The notes: generated from the sequence alone by a model not told the origin. A stretch of 64,000 bases of DNA from an uncultured Desulfosarcina sp. (GCA_963674945.2 CAXXWQ010000003.1:2144001-2208000), one strand, 5' to 3'. Shown: positions 54,182 to 63,536, counted from the first letter of the stretch. Translations and numbers: made by a program.

Positions 54182-55741
54182 TTAGGAGTTGATTTCAGAG
54201 GTCTGCCGTTCATAATTCCACGGCATCCATTGATCCGGGCGGGCTTTCACCTGCTCTGAGTGTTCCCGGATGGCAACCAGATAGTCAAAAGGATTTGCAG
54301 TGCATAGTTCGCAGGTGTGGATCAGGCTCATAAACAGGTCACCGACTCGGGCACCACGTTCAGTCTTGTAGAACAAGGCGTTTTTCCGATTCAAAATCGC
54401 TTTTTTCAAGGCGCGTTCACAAACATTATTGTCTAACGGGGCACCCGGCTGACGTAAAAACAGGGTCAGTTTCTCCCAGTGGTTGCACATATACTTGATG
54501 GCCTGGCCAAGCCCGGAGTTGGGCTCCACATTTTTTTCCTCGAACTGCTCATCAAACCAGTCTCTAAGATCCTTCATCAACGAACCGCTATGGTTCCGAT
54601 GGTATTCGAGGCGCTGATCGTCAGAAAGGTTTTGCTCCCTGGCATCGGCATCGTTTTTATACACCTTGCCCAACACGTTGAGTACATGAGTGCATTCGTC
54701 CGGGAAGTTATCGTATACATCCACGAAGCGCCGCCTTCCATGTGAGATGCAGTTGGCCAAAAGGGTTTCAAAATCCTTGGGCACATTTCTCGACAGCGCG
54801 TCGCACATCTGGATCGGCGGACCCAGATCGGCCTGGCGCTTGGTAAGTAGATCCGCCAGGTTTTCTCCGGCATGGTTGTTTCCGGTAAAAAACAGCCCGA
54901 TTTTGTGATCGTCCGACACCGCCACCATGCCGCTGGTAAAAATGCCCTTTCTTTTGGCATCTTGTGTTTCGTTGACCAAAGAAAGAATTTTCATGGTGGT
55001 GTCGTCATTATGGATCAGCTTTGCGCCAGCCGCTTGCCGGATCAGTTCATCAAAGGCCGGGTAGGCGTGCCAATAAAAATCCCTGACAATATCCCATTGG
55101 GTCGATGCAGGCAGCGGTATGCCGATACTGTCCTGCAGATTTTGAAGCCGGTAGAAAGGAAAGCCGTTGCCATATTTTAAAAGAGCAATCATTGCTCCGG
55201 CGGATGCATCGTATTTTTCCTCGCCGACATCCCGTGGGGCATCGGCCGTAAAAATCTCTCCACACAGATTACAGCGCAATTTTTCCAGCTCGTATATCGA
55301 CGCTGTTAACGGCGAGGTGCCGGTGACACGGATGAGGGTTTTGGGCTGTTTATATACATAGACCTTGCCCTTGGGACAAAGCGGGCACGGATCTTTATGT
55401 TTAAGCTCACCATGAGACACCGTGATCTTCTCGGCACCGGTGTAATCATCAGCCCCATTTCGGCCATGGCCTTTTTTCTTGGCCTTGGGCGTTTTATCAG
55501 CGCTCTTCGGTTTTCGTTTTTTGACAATGGTATCGGTTTTTTCCGTGGATGCGCCGAAGATCATTTTCAGCAAGCGTTTGATGGATGCGGCTTTTTCATC
55601 CACACTGTGACTCAACACGTTGATCGTCTCGCCCATGGCCGCAATAGTTGCATAATCCTTATCCAAAAGGCTGCGAGATTTGACCCGATCGATCAGTGCG
55701 TTAAGCTCCTCGGCCGAAAGTTCGATGGGCGGCGGTGTCAT
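54182..55741 (-). CDS. tnpC: IS66 transposase TnpC
   Basis: HNDDT, MCDAL, CISHGRRRF, DNNVCERALK. Confidence 0.9.
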   Translation of the reverse strand: MTPPPIELSAEELNALIDRVKSRSLLDKDYATIAAMGETINVLSHSVDEKAASIKRLLKMIFGASTEKTDTIVKKRKPKSADKTPKAKKKGHGRNGADDYTGAEKITVSHGELKHKDPCPLCPKGKVYVYKQPKTLIRVTGTSPLTASIYELEKLRCNLCGEIFTADAPRDVGEEKYDASAGAMIALLKYGNGFPFYRLQNLQDSIGIPLPASTQWDIVRDFYWHAYPAFDELIRQAAGAKLIHNDDTTMKILSLVNETQDAKRKGIFTSGMVAVSDDHKIGLFFTGNNHAGENLADLLTKRQADLGPPIQMCDALSRNVPKDFETLLANCISHGRRRFVDVYDNFPDECTHVLNVLGKVYKNDADAREQNLSDDQRLEYHRNHSGSLMKDLRDWFDEQFEEKNVEPNSGLGQAIKYMCNHWEKLTLFLRQPGAPLDNNVCERALKKAILNRKNALFYKTERGARVGDLFMSLIHTCELCTANPFDYLVAIREHSEQVKARPDQWMPWNYERQTSEINS

Positions 55742-56631
55742 GCGCTTTTTCCTGCGGTAAGACGAGATCTGAACATCTTGACCAGCGGATATCCCCAAAC
55801 CGCTTTGATGGATCGGTTCGGCCGGTGGGTTTGGTCATTCTTCCCACGGCCGGTGGTATCTCCCAGGTAAATCCAGTTGGCGGCGTTGTAACAGGTGCCG
55901 GCAAACCGGTCCTTGTCCACGAAGGTTTCCAGATAATAAATGGGATGATTGTATATCGCTTGCCAATCCGTTGGCAGGATACGACGCATCCGCCCCAGAA
56001 TATGAGAGGCCAGGTGTGATACGCGAACCCAGGGCAATATCAAAAAGCGGCTGTTGTATGCCATCAAATGCAGGTTCGCCATTCGCCGATGCTGGGACCA
56101 ACCGATGAACCGGTCACGGCATCCGATATGCCTGGCGGCCGATGACCAGGACAGGCACGCGATGGGCCGCTTTTGAGAATAAACGATGTATTTCAGGTGT
56201 TCACCGACCGGCTGGGTGTAGCCCAAATAATGGTACTGTTCCAACAAGCTGTTGAACAACGGTTCGGCATCGGTTCGGCGAACCTGTCGGAATGTAAGGG
56301 GGGTAATGGCTGACAGCTTGCTTTCTATCGGGCATCGCTCAATGGTGATGTTCTCAGGCTCTTTTCGTCTGGCCAAAGGATTGTTCGGGGTCATTTTTTT
56401 GGCCGGCAATCGAATGTGCCCGGCCCGGTGAAGAGCGAGCATCAAGCCCCGGCAGACCATATCCCGAAAGGCGCCGTTGGCTTGGCGCCAATCCCAGGCT
56501 TGGCAAAGTTTGACGGAAAGGCGTCTTCGGCTGTCGCTCGGGTTTCGGTCGATCAGCTGCTGGATAAACGCCGCATCCTGAACTGTTACGGTTTTGCCGC
56601 GGTAGGTGAGAATCGTTTCCATGGTCGGCAT
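55738..56631 (-). CDS. DUF4338 (DruA-like) protein
   Basis: YHYLGY..GEHLKY, RDRFIGW, NSRFLILPWV..LASHIL, LETFVD, GTCY.AANW..G.TTGRG. Confidence 0.8.
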   Translation of the reverse strand: MPTMETILTYRGKTVTVQDAAFIQQLIDRNPSDSRRRLSVKLCQAWDWRQANGAFRDMVCRGLMLALHRAGHIRLPAKKMTPNNPLARRKEPENITIERCPIESKLSAITPLTFRQVRRTDAEPLFNSLLEQYHYLGYTQPVGEHLKYIVYSQKRPIACLSWSSAARHIGCRDRFIGWSQHRRMANLHLMAYNSRFLILPWVRVSHLASHILGRMRRILPTDWQAIYNHPIYYLETFVDKDRFAGTCYNAANWIYLGDTTGRGKNDQTHRPNRSIKAVWGYPLVKMFRSRLTAGKSA

Positions 56632-56663
56632 TCATAGCACACTCGTTACTGGAACGCAAGCCC

Positions 56664-57020
56664 CTATGCATGAATCTTTTTCCAATGCGGGGCGACCTCG
56701 ATGGTGGCAAGGTCTCCGTTCCAAATCAGCGATTGCAGTTGATACGCATTGAGCCGACGCAAGACATCATCCGTGCCATTGGGCCACCAGGTAAACCGCC
56801 CTTTCGACAGCCGCTTTTGACAAAGCCAGAATCCCTGGCCGTCGTATACAATAATTTTCAATGCCGTGGCCCGTTTGTTGCGAAAAACAAATACGGCACC
56901 GGAAAATGGGTCCGCCTTGAGATGGTCACGGCAAAGCTTGGCTAATCCGTCGATGCCTTTTCGAAAATCAGCCGGCTCCACTGCAACAAAAATCCGCATG
57001 TGTGGCGTGATGGCAATCAT
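56664..57020 (-). CDS. tnpB: IS66 accessory TnpB
   Basis: DFRKGIDGL, FVFRNK, KRLSKGRF. Confidence 0.92.
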   Translation of the reverse strand: MIAITPHMRIFVAVEPADFRKGIDGLAKLCRDHLKADPFSGAVFVFRNKRATALKIIVYDGQGFWLCQKRLSKGRFTWWPNGTDDVLRRLNAYQLQSLIWNGDLATIEVAPHWKKIHA

Positions 57021-57430
57021 GAAGCCATAGCCAAAAATGCTTTTCCCAGTTCCACCAGATCGGAACAGGTGGCTCCTTTTACATTCATTCTCATGACCGA
57101 ACCGTTCGTTTTGATCATTTCGATGGTGGATTCAGGTAGAAGGGGTGCCGGAGCCGGCAATTCTATAAAGGGTGTGGAGAAAATCTCGCACGGGTGTTCT
57201 TCCGGCAAGTGAGTACCGGCAACTTTTTTCTTTAACGTCGTGTAGTTTACACGCAGGGCCTTTGACAGGTGGTAGATGGAGTACTCTTCTGATAGCGCGA
57301 CCGCTGCCTGCCAAAGGTTTTGGGGAATTCGGGTGCGTTTCTTTCGCAGCTTTCGCCAGGATTCAAACCGCTGTTGAACTTGCTCAAGGCTGGGAGCGAT
57401 TATAGAAACATCTTGGATATCGTCATTCAT
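57017..57430 (-). CDS. tnpA: IS66 accessory TnpA-like HTH
   Basis: RIPQNLWQAAV; first ORF of the element. Confidence 0.75.
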   Translation of the reverse strand: MNDDIQDVSIIAPSLEQVQQRFESWRKLRKKRTRIPQNLWQAAVALSEEYSIYHLSKALRVNYTTLKKKVAGTHLPEEHPCEIFSTPFIELPAPAPLLPESTIEMIKTNGSVMRMNVKGATCSDLVELGKAFLAMAS

Positions 57431-57926
57431 CGGCGGGCCTCCTTATTATTGGGGTCAACCGATAATATCCCATCTCTCAGCGGATTTCATGCACGCTTGC
57501 CGAAAACACACCATTTATTGTGCAAGGAATTCCAACTGCGAAACAGAAGATGCAGAAATCTTTCCAACTATTCTGCCCAGCATTGGCTAAATTTTGTAAT
57601 TCTTCTTCCGAAAGAGAATAATCAATCCGATTAGGATCATAATGAATATAGGACTGAGATGCTTGTTCTGTCACTCCGCACCCCCTTCCTTTTTATCACG
57701 AAGTCCTAAAACAGCTAATGCGAATAGACGTACATTACCACAATTGTTGCATACTAATGCCGCTGTTGGAATGTTTGGAGGAGGTAGAGAAATGCCTCCT
57801 TCTAGATTTGAAACCAACAATGTTACCGCCTGATCAGCTACAGACCAACTATTTTGGCCGCACACCTCACAATTAGCATTGATTTTCTTTTTATTTATCG
57901 CTTCTATTACTTTTTGCTGATAATTT

Positions 57927-60382
57927 CAGGAAACTTGATTTCCTAATTGTTGCATATGGCAAGCAAAACATAATGTAAGTGGTTGAAAAACAGAAAGATA
58001 GGAGTCTGAATCCAGCAGGCCGGTAAGGTATTGCAACCGGAAAATGAACATGGCACCTTTAACCTTATTATCTTGGCGGATAAATGAAAGGAAAAGGATG
58101 CCATGCCTCAACAGATACTACCACTTATTCCTCGCGGTGCAAGACAAATCAACGGGCTTGTCAGTGTATTTCGTGACGATACGACCTGGACCTATTTTCT
58201 ATCGACCGTTCCGATTTATTCTCACAGACAAGGCGATCAACGAATGTTTCGGATGATAACAGCCCAACTGGTTGAATCCGGAGCTTGCCGCCAGATCGAT
58301 ATCCAAAACACATTCGGCGTATCCAAGAGCAATGTCATCCGATCCGTGAACAAACTCAGGTCCGGCGGCGCCGAGGCATTTTTCGTTCAGCGGCGGGGAC
58401 GACGCGGCGGCAAGGTTTTCAAACCTGAGGTGCTTGAACAAGCCCAACGTTTACTGGATCAAGGGTGCTCGAAAAAAGATGCCGCCCTGGAACTTGGCAT
58501 TAAATACGATACGTTTCGCAAAGCTATAGATGATGGTCGGTTAATCGAATCAAGGATTGGTGAACCGTGTCTAACCAAATCAGATCGGGACATGGTCGAC
58601 ATGGCTGCTGCCGATAGTATGGGGACGGCTTGCAACCGAGTCGGGGAACGCATATTGGCATCATTGGGCAAAATGGTTGGTGCGCCGGTTCGTTTTGACA
58701 GATGCCTGGACGTTCCCAAAGCAGGCGTTCTTTGTGCGATACCGTCATTGGTGGCAAACGGGTTGTTTACCGGCGCAAAACAGTTCCTCGGCCAAGTCAA
58801 AGGCTATTACACGATCTTTCATGTCTTGTTGCTGCTTTCGTTTATGGCCTTATGCAGGATCAAGACGACAGAAAAAATACGAGGCCATGCTCCGGGAGAA
58901 TTTGGTAAGTTATTGGGCTTGGATCGTGCACCGGAGGTTCGCTGTTTGCGTTACAAGATGGATGCGTTGAGCGCAGACCACGGCGCGGAAAAGTGGGCCG
59001 CATACCTCGGTAAATACTGGATGGAACAGGCGCCCGAATCGGTTGGCGCGCTTTATGTTGACGGGCATGTACGTGTTTATCATGGAAAATTGACCCGACT
59101 ACCGCGCCGCTACGTGTCCCGGGAACGATTGTGCATGAGGGGCATTACCGACTATTGGGTTAACGATGCGATTGGCCGACCTTTTTTTGTCGTCGAAAAG
59201 CAGATCGATCCTGGATTATTGGCGGTTTTAAGAGACGATATCGTTCCCCGGTTGTTGCAAGACGTTCCGAATCAACCCGGTTTGCAGCAACTACAAGAGA
59301 ACCCATGTTTATGCCGGTTCGTTCTTGTTTTCGACAGGGAAGGATATAGTCCCGCATTCTTCAAGGAAATGTGGGATCGCCATCGAATCGGCTGCATGAC
59401 GTATCATAAGCATCCTGGTGAATCATGGCCGGAGCATTGGTTCACCGAGTATGAAGTTGCGATGCCAAACAAAGAGGTGGTGAAGATGCGGCTTTGCGAA
59501 ATGGGTAGTTTGGTGGGATCTGGTAAGGGTGCAACATGGATGCGACAAGTGCGAAAACTGACCGATTCCGGACACCAGACCAGCGTAATCAGCACCGCTT
59601 TCGATTTGCCGCATACTCAATTGGCAGCACGCATGTTCAGCCGGTGGTGTCAGGAAAACTTTTTCAACTATATGATGCAACATTTTGATATCGATGTGCT
59701 TTTAGATTATGGTGTCGTTGAATTTCCTGATACCGAACGGGTAATCAACCCCGTTTGGCGGCAATTGAATCAATCCCGTAATTCGTTGCAGAACAAGCTA
59801 CGATATCGTCGTGCCTGTTTTGCCGAGATGACCATTCACCCTGAAAATGAAGACAAACCGGTAAAGTTTAAGAAGTGGATAGAGAAAAAGGCCGAGCTGT
59901 TAGAAGAAATCGAAAAGATGGAGTATCAACTCAGCGAGTTGAAAGAAAAACGAAAACAGACAAGTAAACACATCACGTGGGGAGAACTTGAAGCAAAAGA
60001 TAAATTTTTACGTTTACAACCGGGCAGAAAACGCCTGATGGACACGGTTCGTATGATTGCATATCGTGCAGAGACGGCAATGGTTGGGTTGCTCACGGGT
60101 CCGACGGTAAACTCGTCGGATGCACGGAGTCTTCTCCAGACACTGTTCCAGACCGAAGGCGATGTACTGCCCGATATTGAAAATCAGCAATTGAATATAC
60201 GATTGCACGGCGCTTCGTTCCCAGCGGCCAATCGGGCTCTTTGCCAACTGTTTGCGCATCTGAACAGTGCGCAGGTAAAATACCCCGGTACCGAGCTGCA
60301 AATGATATTCGAACTAAATGGCTGCAGCACCTCAAATCATGCCGGAGGTGTCACATAGTTTTCCCGGAGATGCAGTGTTCTG
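57927..60382 (+). mobile_element. Unclassified insertion sequence (2456 bp)
   Basis: Ends CAGGAAACTTGATTTCC / CAGAACACTGCATCTCC; 5-bp TSD AATTT. Confidence 0.85.
58103..60358 (+). CDS. Putative DDE transposase, 751 aa, with N-terminal HTHs
   Basis: LYVDGH, VFDREG, RWCQENFF; sole ORF between the IRs. Confidence 0.8.
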   Translation: MPQQILPLIPRGARQINGLVSVFRDDTTWTYFLSTVPIYSHRQGDQRMFRMITAQLVESGACRQIDIQNTFGVSKSNVIRSVNKLRSGGAEAFFVQRRGRRGGKVFKPEVLEQAQRLLDQGCSKKDAALELGIKYDTFRKAIDDGRLIESRIGEPCLTKSDRDMVDMAAADSMGTACNRVGERILASLGKMVGAPVRFDRCLDVPKAGVLCAIPSLVANGLFTGAKQFLGQVKGYYTIFHVLLLLSFMALCRIKTTEKIRGHAPGEFGKLLGLDRAPEVRCLRYKMDALSADHGAEKWAAYLGKYWMEQAPESVGALYVDGHVRVYHGKLTRLPRRYVSRERLCMRGITDYWVNDAIGRPFFVVEKQIDPGLLAVLRDDIVPRLLQDVPNQPGLQQLQENPCLCRFVLVFDREGYSPAFFKEMWDRHRIGCMTYHKHPGESWPEHWFTEYEVAMPNKEVVKMRLCEMGSLVGSGKGATWMRQVRKLTDSGHQTSVISTAFDLPHTQLAARMFSRWCQENFFNYMMQHFDIDVLLDYGVVEFPDTERVINPVWRQLNQSRNSLQNKLRYRRACFAEMTIHPENEDKPVKFKKWIEKKAELLEEIEKMEYQLSELKEKRKQTSKHITWGELEAKDKFLRLQPGRKRLMDTVRMIAYRAETAMVGLLTGPTVNSSDARSLLQTLFQTEGDVLPDIENQQLNIRLHGASFPAANRALCQLFAHLNSAQVKYPGTELQMIFELNGCSTSNHAGGVT

Positions 60383-60424
60383 AATTTGGGGGTAAAGCCA
60401 TAGATCTATCCTTCTTCAATTGTT

Positions 60425-60551
60425 GTATAACGCCCTGCATGACCGGACGGGAAAACAAAACCGGACTATGCAAAAGGCACTTTTAATGATGACTGCGAAA
60501 AAGTTAAAACGGCAGCGTTTTCCCGGTCCGCTGTCTATGCAGTTGTTAGGT
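60425..60551 (-). other. attC of first cassette (127 bp)
   Basis: GTATAAC..TGCATGAC.GGACGGGAAAAC...GTTTTCCCGGTCC..GTCTATGCA..GTTAGGT. Confidence 0.9.
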
Positions 60552-60555
60552 GATT

Positions 60556-61254
60556 TTACAGCAAAGTACTCTGAATACTAAAGGAGCCTTCTTTTGATCT
60601 GTATTCATCTTTTAACACTTCAAGAAACATTTCAGGTGATTCAAGCGCATCGTTAACAATGCCCAAATTTCTAAGCGATACATATAAAGCAGCAGAGTAT
60701 GCTTGGCAATTTATAGATTTTTTGGGATTAAATTCGATATCCGTAAACCCCTGATAGGAAATAATTTGATCAGCCAATTCTTCATTCTGATGCAATGCGT
60801 TAATATACAGCCAGTCATAAAAAAATGTTCTTGGTTTTAATGGAAATTCTTTGGAGAAAAACAAAAACTTTATTAGATTTCCGGATTCCTTAAGGCGCAT
60901 ATCCTTTTTGGCTTGAATAGAAGTTCCTTCTAATAAATCAATATAAGGTCCACCTTTATCAAATACCTTACTGCTTTGAAAAGCTGTTTCAACAGAGAAG
61001 GATTTTTGCTTTTTCTTTGTGGTTATCAATAAATTAAATGCGCTTAATTGAACGCCTATCTCAAATTCTGATTTGCTGGATATTTCAAGCACCGGGGATA
61101 TATTTAAAATGTTTAAGGCTTCATGAAGTGATGAAATTGATTTTTGCTTCTGGGATTTAGACATCCCAGGAAACCACTTAAACTCAATATACTTAACAAT
61201 AACTCCAGATGCGTCGGTCTTTGTTTTTGGAATGTAAACTGGACGTTTAGCCAT
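60556..61254 (-). CDS. DarT1-associated NADAR-type antitoxin
   Basis: MAKRPVYIP, LEISSKS, LSAFNL, FQSSKVF, FYDWLY, FTDIEFNP.KSINCQA. Confidence 0.8.
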   Translation of the reverse strand: MAKRPVYIPKTKTDASGVIVKYIEFKWFPGMSKSQKQKSISSLHEALNILNISPVLEISSKSEFEIGVQLSAFNLLITTKKKQKSFSVETAFQSSKVFDKGGPYIDLLEGTSIQAKKDMRLKESGNLIKFLFFSKEFPLKPRTFFYDWLYINALHQNEELADQIISYQGFTDIEFNPKKSINCQAYSAALYVSLRNLGIVNDALESPEMFLEVLKDEYRSKEGSFSIQSTLL

Positions 61255-61273
61255 TATAAAACCTTATCATATA

Positions 61274-61936
61274 TCACGATTTATATAATCTGACATAATC
61301 GCGTGAACTAAAATAATTTTTGTTTAATATCGCTTTGATATTAGGATATTTAACTTTAAAATCACTCAGTAGTTTTTTATTTTCAAAAGCAATCCCTATT
61401 ATTTTATCTATAGGAATTATGTCGAAAACAAGTATCTCCGCCTGAGAATCAGTTGGATCAAAAGTTTTCAACTTTTTTTCAGTCCTTGTTTTTGGCTTAT
61501 TTTCAATGCCTAAAACTTCTATTAAAAAATCATCTTGTTCAAATTCTGCAAACATACTCTTAAAAGCGGATAGGGATTTCAAATCATCTTTTTGAATGCA
61601 TGACATTCTTGAATCCGCTGCATTATATTTGCAAAAAGCACATTCATATTCCCATAAAACACTCGAATGAATTGCCAGAACAGCCCATCCATCCGCTTTA
61701 GAGTTTATTCTATATCTGTAAAACATCTTGTAATTTGGAAATGCTATTGATAGAGAAACTGAATCCTGATGACCGTCCAGTCGTAATTCATCATTTATTG
61801 AAACTTCAAACGGCAAATCCTCGATCAGTATTTTTGGCAAAAGGCCATATTGGATTATACCCTCAATGTTTTCCCACCGAGTGAAATGAACAAGGTAAGG
61901 AATTTTTATTTCTTCTGAAAACTCTTTAATGCTCAT
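61274..61936 (-). CDS. darT: DarT DNA ADP-ribosyltransferase toxin (DUF4433)
   Basis: LVHFT..NI..I..GLL, RLDG, QAEILV catalytic Glu motif. Confidence 0.85.
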   Translation of the reverse strand: MSIKEFSEEIKIPYLVHFTRWENIEGIIQYGLLPKILIEDLPFEVSINDELRLDGHQDSVSLSIAFPNYKMFYRYRINSKADGWAVLAIHSSVLWEYECAFCKYNAADSRMSCIQKDDLKSLSAFKSMFAEFEQDDFLIEVLGIENKPKTRTEKKLKTFDPTDSQAEILVFDIIPIDKIIGIAFENKKLLSDFKVKYPNIKAILNKNYFSSRDYVRLYKS

Positions 61937-61952
61937 ACCTCATTCTTCCATC

Positions 61953-61972
61953 ACCTAACCTAGTTTCGACTG
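61953..61972 (-). other. attI recombination site
   Basis: Minus strand CAGTCGAAACTAG-G^TTAGGT; core complements ACCTAAC of the first attC; no attC hairpin here. Confidence 0.75.
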
Positions 61973-62088
61973 CCGAATAGACGCATTATTTTACGTCTAA
62001 TTGGAGGCCTAAATGATATTATTGGTCTCATCAGGCCAATAATATCCTGAATTTCGATTGTTATTGGCCTAAATCGTCCAATAACAAG

Positions 62089-62117
62089 TTGACAATTATT
62101 TTACGATCTCGTAGTAT
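62089..62117 (+). promoter_or_regulatory. intI sigma-70 promoter
   Basis: TTGACA-17 bp-TAGTAT. Confidence 0.8.
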
Positions 62118-62118
62118 G

Positions 62119-62132
62119 TGAACAAACGTTCA
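62119..62132. promoter_or_regulatory. Putative LexA (SOS) box
   Basis: TGAAC-AAAC-GTTCA (GAAC-N4-GTTC) directly after the -10. Confidence 0.55.
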
Positions 62133-62253
62133 TGTAGCATGGAACGAAAACGGCGGAAAGGATTGATTTTTTCCCCTCTATTCGTTTAGCGACAGATGGA
62201 CGTTATGTCAATGAAATAAATAGTTTTTGAAAGTTCCAACGATGGAGAGTGTT

Positions 62254-63282
62254 ATGTTTACCAACACCGATTTACCCGATGGGCCTATGGGCGCAACAAA
62301 TGGAAAACAAACTACGAACAATCCACGTTTGCTCGATCGTGTACGAAACGTAATACGCTGTAAACACTATAGTATTCGCACAGAGCACAGCTACATCGAG
62401 TGGATCAAACGTTACATTTTTTTTCACGACAAACAGCACCCGGAAAATTTGAACGAAACGCACATCAGCGCATTTCTAACTCATCTGGCCGTCGAAAAAA
62501 AGGTTGCCAGTTCGACCCAAAATCAGGCGCTTTGTGCGCTTGTGTTCCTGTATCGCCAAGTACTGAACAAGGAGATGGGTGATTTCGAAAACCTTATTCG
62601 CGCCAAACGCCCTGCGAAATTGCCCGTCGTATTCACCCGGGATGAAGTCAGGAAGGTGTTGCTCCAGTTGGATGGGGTAAATTGGCTGATGGGTCAGATT
62701 CTTTACGGGGCTGGGCTCCGCGTCATGGAATGCGTTCGGTTGCGGGTGAAGGATATCGATTTCGGATACCGTCAAATTATCGTGCGTAACGGCAAGGGGA
62801 ATAAGGACAGGATTACGATGCTGCCGGATATTATTTCAGAGCAACTCCAACGTCACATGCAAAAAATCAAGATCATTCACGAAACTGACCTGAAAGCGGG
62901 TTTCGGATCGGTCTATCTTCCCTTTGCCTTGGAAAGAAAATACAAAAATGCCGACCGGAATTGGTCGTGGCAATATGTTTTCCCGGCTTCCCGTCGCTCA
63001 ATCGATCCTCGGTCTGGCGCTGAACGTCGTCATCATATCTCAGAATCCGTTCCCCAGCGTGCCATCAAAAAGGCCATCCGAAAAAGCGGAATCAGTAAGG
63101 CGGGAAGTTGTCACTCCCTTCGCCACAGCTTTGCGACACATCTTCTCGAATCGGGCTACGATATCAGAACGGTGCAGGATCTGTTGGGCCACAAGGACGT
63201 GTCCACCACCATGATCTACACCCATGTTCTCAACAGGGGAGGAAAGGGGGTGCAGAGCCCGGGGGATACATTATTTGCGTAG
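62254..63282 (+). CDS. intI: Integron integrase
   Basis: [23 protein letters not shown], IntI patch [37 protein letters not shown]; start codon uncertain. Confidence 0.97.
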   Translation: MFTNTDLPDGPMGATNGKQTTNNPRLLDRVRNVIRCKHYSIRTEHSYIEWIKRYIFFHDKQHPENLNETHISAFLTHLAVEKKVASSTQNQALCALVFLYRQVLNKEMGDFENLIRAKRPAKLPVVFTRDEVRKVLLQLDGVNWLMGQILYGAGLRVMECVRLRVKDIDFGYRQIIVRNGKGNKDRITMLPDIISEQLQRHMQKIKIIHETDLKAGFGSVYLPFALERKYKNADRNWSWQYVFPASRRSIDPRSGAERRHHISESVPQRAIKKAIRKSGISKAGSCHSLRHSFATHLLESGYDIRTVQDLLGHKDVSTTMIYTHVLNRGGKGVQSPGDTLFA

Positions 63283-63362
63283 TTTTATTGGGGTAAAAAA
63301 CAGATAGTCCTTCAGACGAGATAAGAGTTCATTGGCTCTTTCGTATAATTGCTATAAGAATC

Positions 63363-63536
63363 CAGGAGTCAGAATTCAGAATCAGGTGTTCGCCTTCGGC
63401 TCGATCCATTTTGTCCAATCGACGGAGCGAAGCGACAACATCGCACTTCTCGTATGAAACTATACCAAAATGGGATAGTTTCAGTCAAAGTTCAAACCGA
63501 CCAAAGGTCGGCGGCGGCGCTGACTTCTGACTCCTG
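63363..63536. repeat. 174-bp element with terminal inverted repeats and internal hairpins
   Basis: CAGGAGTCAGAATTCAG ... CTGACTTCTGACTCCTG (16/17 match). Confidence 0.7.

Larger units (their letters stand above)
54081..57511 (-). mobile_element. Four-ORF IS66-family element
   Basis: Ends GTGTCCTTTCGGCAA / GTGTGTTTTCGGCAA; 8-bp TSD CATTTATT. Confidence 0.9.
53828..57674 (-). pseudogene. Cassette 2 gene B: 135 aa 2-TM protein split by IS66
   Basis: MTEQ...IPCTIN|AVVEVNK...DDGGV rejoins in frame; stop in the attC core. Confidence 0.8.
57671..60401 (-). pseudogene. Cassette 2 gene A: 89 aa Zn-ribbon protein split by an IS
   Basis: MALPPN|YQQKV...CEVC...CNNC...EGGAE rejoins in frame; SD AAGGA. 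Confidence 0.8.
29800..63282 (-). mobile_element. Integron: intI, attI and about 20-cassette array (left boundary approximate)
   Basis: IntI, attI core and serial attC hairpins with GTT/AAC cores; mostly co-oriented AT-rich genes. Confidence 0.93.

Noticed and set aside
55738..56631. Complete Druantia system
   Set aside because: Only the DUF4338 gene is present, inside an IS66; no DruE helicase or other dru genes.
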